NCBI GenBank assembly: GCA_002104905.1
Contig: MCFE01000675.1
Location: forward strand, 1 to 47,168
Origin: Basidiobolus meristosporus CBS 931.73
Lineage: Eukaryota > Fungi > Basidiobolomycota
Reading direction: 5' to 3'
DNA: 47,168 nucleotides
Made by a program: the position numbers and the translations under genes. Of the stretch, positions 38,205 through 47,168 are shown in pieces (position 1 is the first letter of the stretch; each line of letters begins with the position of its first letter). Below the pieces are notes generated by a model. The model did no database searches, was not told the origin of the DNA, and worked only from the letters and a program-made list of their open reading frames with translations.

Positions 38205-39263
38205 ATGTATTCTCCACTTTTCGGCCTTAACCCAATGGATGCGTTCCGCCACTATCCTGTTCAGCGGCGTATCCGCCAGCAGCCAGTTTGGTACTATCAG
38301 CAGCGACAGCCAGAGGAGTACTATGCTCCTCAATACAGAGTAATCCACCCCTGCGCATATGAGTACCATTTGCCACACCCGCAATATTACCGCCCTAAAA
38401 GAACTGAGCAATATTATGTGCTACCATCTAGACGCTTTGGTGAGCCTGATCCGGAGTTTTCTGGGCCTTATTCACATCCAGTTTTCATTGAAAGCCAGGG
38501 AATGCACCAGCCCTACGATTTCGGAGTAAGCAGGAGTGATGATGAGCTATCGTCGGAATCAGAACAGGAGGACCTGGATTTCATGGACTCAGCCTTCCCA
38601 AGCGCTGTACACACTCCTCGTCGCACTCTGCAGGCTAGACAACAGCCTAGAATCGACCAAAGATCGAACGATTATATTTTATCGCAACCAAGCCATAGAA
38701 CTCCATCTAGAACTGTGGCCAGGCACATGCATCAAACGCAAGACAACAGTCAATTGATTGCCATTTTGAAGCAAAGAGTAACCATCACGGAGTTTCAACG
38801 TAAGAGGGCGGCAAGACTTATCCAACGTCAATGGCGCCTTCATCGGCAAAAGCGTAGAGAGGAGGCAGCAAGAACAATCGTGCAATTTATCCGATCGCAG
38901 TTGAATATTCGCAAGGCACAGCTGATTTTACAACGTCTCCGCCAACTGCGCAATTACGAAAATGAAGTCAATCTCACTTACACCTATCATGCCTTCAATG
39001 TTTTCAACAACCCACTCAAGTTTGATGCCGAGTCGACTCCAGAGTCCATGAAACTCTTGCCAGTAAAAGAAAATCGGAGTTATCTTGGGTACGAGGATGC
39101 TTTACTCAAACTGCTTATCCGCATTGATGAGATTGATAGTATGGATTCGGAGATTGTCAGATGTACTAGAAAATCTCTGGTAAACAAGGCGCAGTCTCTG
39201 CTAGATCAACTGGATGAATTCAAGAAAACTCAGTATGACCAGCTGATGACGAATCAATGCTAA
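38205..39263 (+). CDS. BAG-domain co-chaperone with IQ motif(s), intronless
   Basis: AARLIQRQWRLHRQKR (IQ consensus). C-terminal YEDALLKLLIRIDEIDSMDSEIVRCTRKSLVNKAQSLLDQLD (BAG consensus). Y/P/Q-rich N-terminus. ATG 38205 is preferred. Confidence 0.8.
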   Translation: MYSPLFGLNPMDAFRHYPVQRRIRQQPVWYYQQRQPEEYYAPQYRVIHPCAYEYHLPHPQYYRPKRTEQYYVLPSRRFGEPDPEFSGPYSHPVFIESQGMHQPYDFGVSRSDDELSSESEQEDLDFMDSAFPSAVHTPRRTLQARQQPRIDQRSNDYILSQPSHRTPSRTVARHMHQTQDNSQLIAILKQRVTITEFQRKRAARLIQRQWRLHRQKRREEAARTIVQFIRSQLNIRKAQLILQRLRQLRNYENEVNLTYTYHAFNVFNNPLKFDAESTPESMKLLPVKENRSYLGYEDALLKLLIRIDEIDSMDSEIVRCTRKSLVNKAQSLLDQLDEFKKTQYDQLMTNQC

Positions 39264-40309
39264 TGTATGAGAAGTAATCTTTGTATATCTAATGCAATCA
39301 CCAATCATCACTATCACTGCATATACTCTTAGATAATATATCTCTCTAGCTGACATCAATAAACTCATTTGTATATACATCTTGTGTAATGCATAACGCG
39401 GAACCTTGCAAATTCTCGACCAGTTATGATCAGGTAAACTACGAACTCCGGGCTGGCTGGCCGGAAGATTTAAAGGATTAGTACCATTCAGGCTTAGCAG
39501 AAATCGGCAGTACCTTATTAGATCCACAATTTAGACTGCGCTTGGTAGAAAATTTAAACTCTCCTTTGCTGCCATCCACCTACGTGCGCTCCTTATAATC
39601 TTCACCAGTTTCTCGCTAAGAGGCCACTCGGAATATGATATGCTCCACTCTTTTATATATGATGGATCTGCCATATGCCTCTTGAGACCCTGCGAAGATA
39701 TGGGTCATACTGCGAATAGTACATGGAAGTAGCCCATATCTTTGTAGTTGGTGTAAGCCTGGATTACTCCAGAGGACACGTTGTTCACTTATTGATAGTT
39801 TACAAGTCTTGAAAACCAAAGCCAATACTTGGAATAAAGCTTAATTAAAACTAAAGGATCAAGCAGCAAAGTTAGTAACTTTACTGAAGTAGGATCATTG
39901 GACAAGCACACTGGAATTTTTAGTATGGTTCTTTTCTGATGGTAGGTACACCAGAAATAGGGTACTGAATTCCGCCATTGAAATGTAAGCACAAAGTGGA
40001 ATATGCACCTTGGTTTAGTATACCTAAGCAATAGTTATTTCTCCTACAGATTCTGTGCTCTTAATAAGAAATACAGACATACATCAACAGATTTAAATGT
40101 GGGCAATATTCATGCTTAAAATAAGAATAAATATGCAGCTCTCAAACATTATACATGTTGAAATATTATTATTCCCATTGTACACCAAAATTTAATCATT
40201 TGACTCAGGAACCAGATGATACAACTTTTGCAGCTTTTTAAACTATCAAATTCCAGGCATGATAAACACTATCAGGGAATCAGTATTCTAGTAGACACAG
40301 AGTACAGCT

Positions 40310-40659
40310 TGTTGCAAGAGTGTTGGAGATATTGGAAGTGATTGGGAGAACAAGTAGATAATGTGGTCTTCAGTCAGGGATTTATTGGATGAAAAAGTAT
40401 TACTTACACTTTTACATGATCTTTACAGAGCAAACACGTAAAATAGGCTTAAAAAGGTCTCAAGAACAAGTGGGCAAGGTTTGAGGCTGTTTGGACACCT
40501 TTGAGAATTTTCATGTTCTGGGTACCTGATGCTTTTGCTTACAACATTCTAAATAAGTCCCAACAAGGAGTTTGGTCAGTATTCACTAAGATTTGTAGGT
40601 AATAATCTAAGTAACTAAGCTAGGTGAATATATAGGTGGAATTACAAATTTTGACAACA
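40310..40659 (-). repeat. Diverged LTR of the same copia family, with no matching TSD
   Basis: Plus strand TGTTGCAAGAGTGTTGGAGATATTGG…AATTTTGACAACA is the reverse complement of the family LTR. Flanks CAGCT and TGTTT differ, and there is no adjacent PBS or PPT. Confidence 0.88.
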
Positions 40660-41401
40660 TGTTTGTTAGGGGGGAGACAGTCACCATCAGGTGAAATCTT
40701 TATTTCAGTTGAAACAAAGAAGCCAGCTCTACTTTTGTAGTTTTGATACAAGAGTGTGTAGCTGAGGGGAATTTGTAGGTAAGTTAATAAGAAGTGATGA
40801 TAGTTCTTCAGTGCTCAAGACACTGTTCAGTGGCAAGGGGGGTAGCAAGAGAGGTAAGAATGATTTGTGAACAACATTAATGAGGGGAATGTGATAAGGA
40901 TTGATATTCATCACAAAGGGGGAGTGCTGCTTCAGATATTGCTGCCAAAGGTCTGTCAAGTACTTCAGGTATGCCAGCTTGGGTTTTTCTGACTGCAGAA
41001 TATAGTGAGCAAACTTCTTGACTTCAGGATCTCTGAGTATAGTTCTCCAGCAGGAGACAGGTGTAGTGTGGTGTGTTCTCTTCCAGGTCTTGGTCAGTGG
41101 GTTGTTGCAGTGGTGAAGTCTGAGATATAATCTGGTTCTAAGGTAGAGTAGTCTGATCTTGTAGTGCATAAACCCAAAAGCACCAATAATAGCATGTCTG
41201 TAGGGACATTCAGGCAGATGAGGCCCCAGGGATGTAATGCACCAGACTGCAAACTTTCAAACTTAGTACAGTCTCTAGAAGTAAGAGAGAGAAGTGGTTA
41301 GCCAAATTCTAGGACAGGGAAGACAAACTGCTTGAGTAGAAGGAGGCAGCTGGGAGCTGAAGTTGTAGGAGGAGTTATAGCCAGTAGCTTGTGGAGTGCT
41401 T

Positions 41402-41750
41402 TGTTGTAAAAATTTGTATTTCCACCTAAATATTCACCTAACTTAGTCACTTAGATCTTCACCTTCAAATCCTAGAGAATACTGACCAAATTCCTTGTCG
41501 GGATTTACTTAGAATATTTTCACCAAAATACCAGGTACCCAGAACATGAAAATTCTCAAAGTTGTCCAAACAGCCCCAAACTTTGCACACATGCTCTTGG
41601 GACCTTCCTAAGCCTATTCTATGTGTTTGTAATGCCAAGACTGGGTAAAAGTATAAATACCACTTTTACATTCAATAAATCATTAAGTGAAAACCACATA
41701 ATCTACTTGTTCTCCCAATCACTTCCAATATCTCCAAGACTCTTACAACA
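41402..41750 (+). repeat. 5' LTR (349 bp)
   Basis: TGTTGTAA…TTACAACA; TATAAA at 41652-41657 and AATAAA at 41674-41679. Confidence 0.97.
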
Positions 41751-41764
41751 GGTTATGAGCCCTG
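41751..41764 (+). promoter_or_regulatory. Primer-binding site complementary to the anticodon stem-loop of initiator tRNA-Met (half-tRNA priming)
   Basis: GGTTATGAGCCCTG directly after the LTR is the reverse complement of CAGGGCUCAUAACC in fungal tRNA-iMet, the same PBS type as yeast Ty5 and Drosophila copia. Confidence 0.9.
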
Positions 41765-42510
41765 AGCTGTCACTCTCTGCAATGTCTACTACTGCTATTA
41801 CTGGAATTTTTCCCTCTGCTGAAAAGTTGGATGGCTCTAACTACCAAGTGTGGAAGGTGAAGATGAAGATGCTGCTACAAGAAAGAGGCCTTTGGGATAT
41901 TGTCATGGGAGAAGAATGCCCTCCTAAAAACATGGGAGAGGAAGCTTTGAAGTACCAGAAGAAAGAACAAAGTGCCTTTAACTGCATTTGCCTTAATGTC
42001 AAGGACAAATTGCTAATTCAATGCTCAAGAGCAAAAACGGCAAAGAATGCCTGGAAAGTATTGGAAGACACCTACCGGTCATGTTCAGCTGCCAAGAAAA
42101 TGTATCTGAGACGAAAATTCTTTACTACAAAGATGCTGCCAGGAGAAGAAATGAAAAATCTAATTAACAGAATTACCATGCTGGTAGATGAGATGGAATC
42201 TGTGGGCGTACCAACTACTGATGAGGATGTGATAGTTACCATCCTGAATAGCCTGACAGACGAGTTTCAGGGCCTTGTATCAGCCCTAGAGTCCAGAACT
42301 GAAGATTTGACCTTAAATTACGTATATGGAAGGCTCCTGGATGAAGAATTAAGAAAAACAAGCGCCAATAAGAAGGAAGAAGAAAATGCTTTAATAAGCA
42401 ATGATAACCTACAAAGGAGGTACCCAAGACCCTACAAAGGCAACAGCAACCTATTTTGCAACTACTGCAAAAGGAAAGGACACACATCAGACCGGTGTTT
42501 CAAAAAGTGA
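41755..42510 (+). CDS. Copia Gag (ends at an in-frame TGA)
   Basis: KLDGSNYQVWKVKMKMLLQERGLW and zinc knuckle CNYCKRKGHTSDRC. The start ATG lies inside the PBS; an alternative ATG is at MSTT. Confidence 0.9.
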   Translation: MSPELSLSAMSTTAITGIFPSAEKLDGSNYQVWKVKMKMLLQERGLWDIVMGEECPPKNMGEEALKYQKKEQSAFNCICLNVKDKLLIQCSRAKTAKNAWKVLEDTYRSCSAAKKMYLRRKFFTTKMLPGEEMKNLINRITMLVDEMESVGVPTTDEDVIVTILNSLTDEFQGLVSALESRTEDLTLNYVYGRLLDEELRKTSANKKEEENALISNDNLQRRYPRPYKGNSNLFCNYCKRKGHTSDRCFKK

Positions 42511-45500
42511 GATTATCAGCAAAAGAAGCCTGAATATGGAAATGCTGCAACAACTGAAGATAGACTATTCATATCTGCACTAAATATGACCACAAACAAG
42601 GATTCTCAGACATGGTATATTGACTCTGGAGCTTCTCAACACTTAACACACCAAAAAGAACTTTTTACCCAATATCAAGAAATTCCAATTAAGAAGGATT
42701 TCATGGGTGACAATAGAACACTTGATGCAGTGGGAGAAGGAACTATCCAAGTAAACCTTAGAAGCAGTGAAGGAAGCCATACACTGACCTTTAAAGAAGT
42801 ACTCTATGTACCAGATATAGCCAAGAACCTACTCTCTGTAAGCAAGGCCACAGCAGAAGGACTCAGTTTCAGTTTTGACAATTCTGGATGCAGGATCACT
42901 GATCAAAATGGTGCTCATATTGCTTCAGGCATCAGAGATCAGAATCTATACAAGTTGACTTATATTTCATCATATCTGGAAGCCAATATAAGTAACTTAA
43001 ATGAAGAAACACCAATGCTTTGGCACAGGAGATTTGGACACATCAATTTTGATTATTTGCGTAAAATGATCAAAGATCAGCTAATTTCTGGAGTGAAAAT
43101 TGATCCCCCAGCTAATTTGGAGCACTGTGAAGCCTGCATATATGGGAAACAAGCCAGACAACCGTTCAAGAGCTCTGGGTTAATCAAAACTAAGAAAAAA
43201 TTAGATTTAATTCACTCAGATCTGTGTGGACCTATGCAAAATTTATCCTTAGGCGGGATGAAGTATTTAATCACTTTTATTGATGATTATACAAGATACA
43301 CATGGGTCTACTTCATGGAGAGAACGGAAGAAGCTCTGTCTAAGTTCAGGGAGTTTAAAGCCATGGTGGAGAGAGAAACTGGTGAAAAAATCAAGAAAAT
43401 ACGCTCTGACAATGGTGGAGAATATACCTCCAAACTCTTCATCCACTTCTGCAAAATTCATGGGATAAAGCAAGAGACTACTGTACCATACTCCCCACAG
43501 CAAAATGGAGTAGCAGAACAAGCTAACAGATCAATAATTGATATGGCAAGATCTATGATCCATGATCAAAAATTATCCTATGATTTTTGGGCGGAATCAG
43601 TTGCCACTGCTGTATATCTTAAAAATAGGAGTTATAACAGAATACTTTGTGATTCTACTCCATTTGAAGCATGGTATGGATACAGATCAAGTGCAGAACA
43701 TCTAAGAATATTTGGGTGTACATCATATGCCAAAAAACTGGCCAAAAATCAGTCAAAATTTGAGCCAAAAAGTGTAAAATGCATATTTTTGGGCTACTGC
43801 AATGAGAGTAAGGCATACAGACTCTACAATACCAAAGCAAAGAAGCCTATCAAGTCCAGGGATGTGTTGTTTGATGAAAATTCAAAATTTTCACAAAAAA
43901 TGACATCAGATGATGACAAAAATTTGATCTCAAGTCCACGAATTGTCAGGATTGAATCAGAGCAAAACAATGATAATTTTTTCACTCCAGAGGACTCTAC
44001 AACCATGGTTCAGCCAGAATCAGTGCCCAGGAATATCCCAGAAGTGATCATTCCAGTATCAAATGCCCGGAGATCAAATTGGACAAGAAATAGCCCAAAT
44101 TACTATATTAATGAGGGTACAAACTTAGCCTATGCCTATTCAGTCCATATTGATGAACCCCAGACTGTAAAAGAGGCCCTAAATAGCCCTCAGACAAAGT
44201 TTTGGAGATCTGCAATGACTGAGGAATATCAGGCCCTAATGGAAAATCAAACTTGGGACTTGGTCAAATTACCAATCAACCAAAAATCAATTGGATGCAT
44301 ATGGGTCTTCAAGACAAAATACAAGGCTGATGGTACAATTGAAAGATACAAAGCAAGACTTGTAGCCAAAGGATACTCTCAAACAAAAGGACTTGGCTAT
44401 ACTGAGACCTTTGCACCGGTAGCCAAGTTTAATTCCATCAGATTAATATTGGCTATTGCAGCCAAATATAAGTTTTTATTCATCAAATGGATGTAAAAAC
44501 TGCATTTTTGAATGGAGAACTTGATGAGGACGTGTATATGGACCAGCCTGATGGGTTTGTTGACCAAGATAACCCCCATTTGGTCTGCAAGCTTAAAAAG
44601 TCACTATATGGTCTCAAACAATCACCAACAGCCTGGAATTGCAAGATAGATTCTTATTTGGAATCTTTGAGTTTCAAAAGGAGTAATGCTGACTATAGTA
44701 TATACTATAAGCCAGATAGAGCAAATTCAGTTCTATTAGCTCTATATGTGGATGATCTTATTATAGCCGCCAATAACCTAGAAACATTGGAAGAGACTAA
44801 ATCCAGCCTATCTAGGGAGTTCAAGATGTCTGATCTAGGAGAACTCAGTTACTACTTAGGGATTAAGTTCTCCATAGACAGAAGTACCCAGACTATTACC
44901 CTAAGCCAATCCAAGTATATTCAAGATATACTAAAGAAGTACAAAATGGAAGACTGTAAACCAGCAGCTACCCCAATGGAGACAAACCTTAACTTGGTCA
45001 AAACTCAACCAAATCAAGAGAGCTTAGTGCCATCTGAAAGCCCTGACTTTCCTTATCAATCTATGGTTGGCAGTCTGATGTATATCATGCTTGGAACACG
45101 TCCAGATATCTCATATTCAGTGGGAGTTGTCAGCCAACATAATCAGAATTATGGATCTGATCATATTGCAGCAGTTAAGCGGATTTTTAGATACCTAAAA
45201 GGAACTGCTGATATCTGCTCAAGATACACTTATAAGGATTCAGAACAGGATCTTGTGGGATACTCTGATGCTGATTGGGGACGAAATTTAGAAGACAGAA
45301 GATCCACCACAGGATACACCTTTCTTTACTGTAAAGGAGCCATTTCATGGAATTCAAGAAAGCAACCAACCGTAGCACTTTCTACTACAGAGGCAGAGTA
45401 TATGGCAGCCTGTGAAGCTACAAAAGAAGCAATGTGGTTAAGAAAGCTCTTTACAGATTTAGGCCTATGTCAAAAAACGCCTATTACTTTATTTCAAGAT

Positions 45501-45725
45501 AATCAAGGATGTATACAATTAGATAGAAATCCAACTTTTCATGCTAGAACCAAGCACATAGATATTAGACATCATTTCATACGTGAAGCTATAGAGAATA
45601 GCTTAGTTAGCTTAGTTTACTGTTCTACAGATGAAATGATTGCAGACATATTTACCAAACCATTAGCTAGAGACAAGTTTGAATATCTTAGGTCAAAATT
45701 AGGACTAGTCAGTATGAAAATTTAG
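42511..45725 (+). pseudogene. Copia pol (protease, integrase, RT, RNase H) with a 1-nt frameshift near 44478
   Basis: WYIDSGAS; WHRRFGH..CEAC; SDLCGP, RSDNGGEY and NGVAE; AAKYKF/frameshift/[11 protein letters not shown]; LYVDD; YSDADW, TEAEY, DNQG and ADIFTK. Confidence 0.95.
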
Positions 45726-45727
45726 CT

Positions 45728-45736
45728 GAGTGGGAG
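45728..45736 (+). other. Polypurine tract
   Basis: GAGTGGGAG immediately before the 3' LTR TG. Confidence 0.85.
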
Positions 45737-46086
45737 TGTTGTAAAAATTTGTATTTCCACCTAAATATTCACCTAACTTAGTCACTTAGATCATTCACCT
45801 TCAAATCCTAGAGAATACTGACCAAATTCCTTGTCGGGATTTACTTAGAATATTTTCACCAAAATACCAGGTACCCAGAACATGAAAATTCTCAAAGTTG
45901 TCCAAACAGCCCCAAACTTTGCACACATGCTCTTGGGACCTTCCTAAACCTATTCTACGTGTTTGTAATGCCAAGACCAGGTAAAAGTATAAATACCACT
46001 TTTACATTCAATAAATCATTAAGTGAAAACCACATAATCTACTTGTTCTCCCAATCACTTCCAATATCTCCAAGACTCTTACAACA
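45737..46086 (+). repeat. 3' LTR (350 bp)
   Basis: Differs from the 5' LTR by 4 transitions and one 1-bp indel on manual comparison. Confidence 0.97.
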
Positions 46087-46225
46087 TGCTTGTCTTGCCA
46101 GGGTAATTATCTTCTTCAGGTGTGCTCCAGAGTCTAGTCCAGTAGGAAGGAAAGGAAAGCCAAGACATGTAGCAGAAACTTGAGCAGGTAGAGTGCAGTT
46201 GTCTAAGTTGATAGGACAACCCAAA

Positions 46226-46576
46226 GGTGGGGGGAGGGAAAGTCACCAAGGTAGGTGAAATCTTTATTTGATTTCAGGCAAGTCTAGCTACAAATAAAGA
46301 AGCCAGCTGGGAATAGAAGATTCCCAAAGTAAACACTAAGTTGAATATGAATAAATCTAAGCTAAAGTTAAGGCAGTATCCCAGAGTACACTGGAGTTCA
46401 GGTTCATGGGGGAGTGAAGTAGATAAGCTTGAGAGATATAATAATCTTTAAGGAAGTGGGTAACAGCAGGTGAAGGGGAGTTTTTGATAAGTGAAGTAAA
46501 TCTTGAGAGCAGAGATTCCTCCAATGAGAAGGTCCTGTAAACTGGAGAATCAGGAAACTCTTTAAAGGCATGGTCA
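46226..46576 (-). mobile_element. LINE-like 3' fragment, copy B (diverged subfamily)
   Basis: Shares the terminal motif GCTGGCTTCTTT…AATAAAGATTTCACC-loop-GGTGACT-C-rich with copies A and C. Weak protein similarity (YLLHSPMNLN vs YLKQHSPFVMNIN). Confidence 0.6.
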
Positions 46577-47168
46577 GGGGGGGAGACAGTCACCAACAGG
46601 TGAAATCTTTATTTCAGTGGAAACAAAGAAGCCAGCACTGCTGTTGTAGCTTTGATACAAGAGTGTGTAGCTGAGGGGAATTTGTAGGTAAGTTAATAAG
46701 AAGTGATGATAGTTCTTCAGTGCTCAAGACACTGTTCAGTGGGAAGGGGGGTAGCAAGAGAGGTAAGAATGACTTGTGAACAACATTAATGAGGGGAATG
46801 TGATAAGGATTGATATTCATCATAAAGGGAGTGTGCTGCTGCAGATATTGCTGCCAAAGGTCTGTCAAGTACTTCAGGTAGGCCAGCTTGGGTTTTTCTG
46901 ACTGCAGAATATAATGAGCAAACTTCTTGACTTCAGGATCTCCAAGTATAGCTCTCCAGCAGGAGCCAGGTGTTGTGTGGTGTGTTCTCTTCCAGGCCTT
47001 AATCAGTGGGTTGTTGCAGTGTGAAGTCTGAGGTATAATCTGGTTCTAAGGTAGAGTAGTCTGATCTTATAGGGCATAAACCCAAAAGCACCAAGAATAG
47101 CATGTCTGTAGGGGCATTCAGGCAAATGAGGCACCAAGGAGGTAATGCACCATACTGCAAACTTGTCA
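46577..47168 (-). mobile_element. LINE-like 3' fragment, copy A (runs off the window)
   Basis: Close direct repeat of 40669-41259; encodes DKFAVWCITSLVPHLPECPYRHAILGAFGFMPYKIRLLYLRTRLYLRL. Confidence 0.78.

Larger units (their letters stand above)
41402..46086 (+). mobile_element. Structurally full-length Ty1/copia LTR retrotransposon (4685 bp) with two coding lesions
   Basis: Two LTRs with TG…CA ends, TSD TGCTT (41397-41401 and 46087-46091), PBS and PPT. Domain order is gag-PR-IN-RT-RNase H. Confidence 0.98.
40669..46225 (-). mobile_element. LINE-like (non-LTR) 3' fragment, copy C (40669-41401 + 46087-46225), split by the copia insertion
   Basis: Removing the copia element restores the frame TCLGFPFLPTGLDSGAHLKKIITLARQ|ALHKLL…LLLLKQFVFPVLEFG, typical of the non-LTR RT C-terminus/thumb. 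It continues …GAFGFMHYKIRLLYLRTRLYLRL and ends with AATAAA near the 3' end. Confidence 0.75.

Noticed and set aside
41623-41754. Apparent N-terminal gag extension encoded in the LTR
   Set aside because: Its ATG lies upstream of the LTR TATA box, and the frame has a stop in the 207-555 LTR copy.

Overview
Eukaryotic DNA, almost certainly fungal. Short 45-80 nt GT..CTAAY..YAG introns, an eL28 gene and the overall gene set suggest an early-diverging lineage; that assignment is inference. A gene-dense core (about 4.5-39.3 kb) encodes a p24 cargo receptor, an HPP-family membrane protein, a bHLH factor, CIA1, a small GPI-like protein, an intronless bacterial-type DAACS (GltP/DctA-like) symporter, a 7TM GPCR, a TDG/Mug glycosylase, SWD1/RBBP5, RER1, RPL28, a TPS2-like trehalose-6-P synthase/phosphatase and an IQ+BAG protein. 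Both ends are nested retroelement clusters. The left end is a decayed Ty1/copia copy carrying two solo LTRs of its own family, each with a 5-bp TSD. The right end is a structurally full-length copy of the same family (349/350-bp LTRs, TSD TGCTT, half-tRNA-iMet PBS, one in-frame TGA and one frameshift), inserted into a head-to-tail stack of three related LINE-like 3' fragments. These fragments share an AATAAA + TCACC-loop-GGTGA + C-run terminus. Repeat DNA is strikingly CpG-depleted while genes are not, which points to repeat-targeted CpG methylation. No rRNA, tRNA or CRISPR features were supported. I cannot claim a wholly new system with confidence. The best leads are the LINE-like stack with its conserved terminal hairpin, the self-nesting half-tRNA-primed copia family, and the bacterial-like symporter with a dicarboxylate-type binding site.
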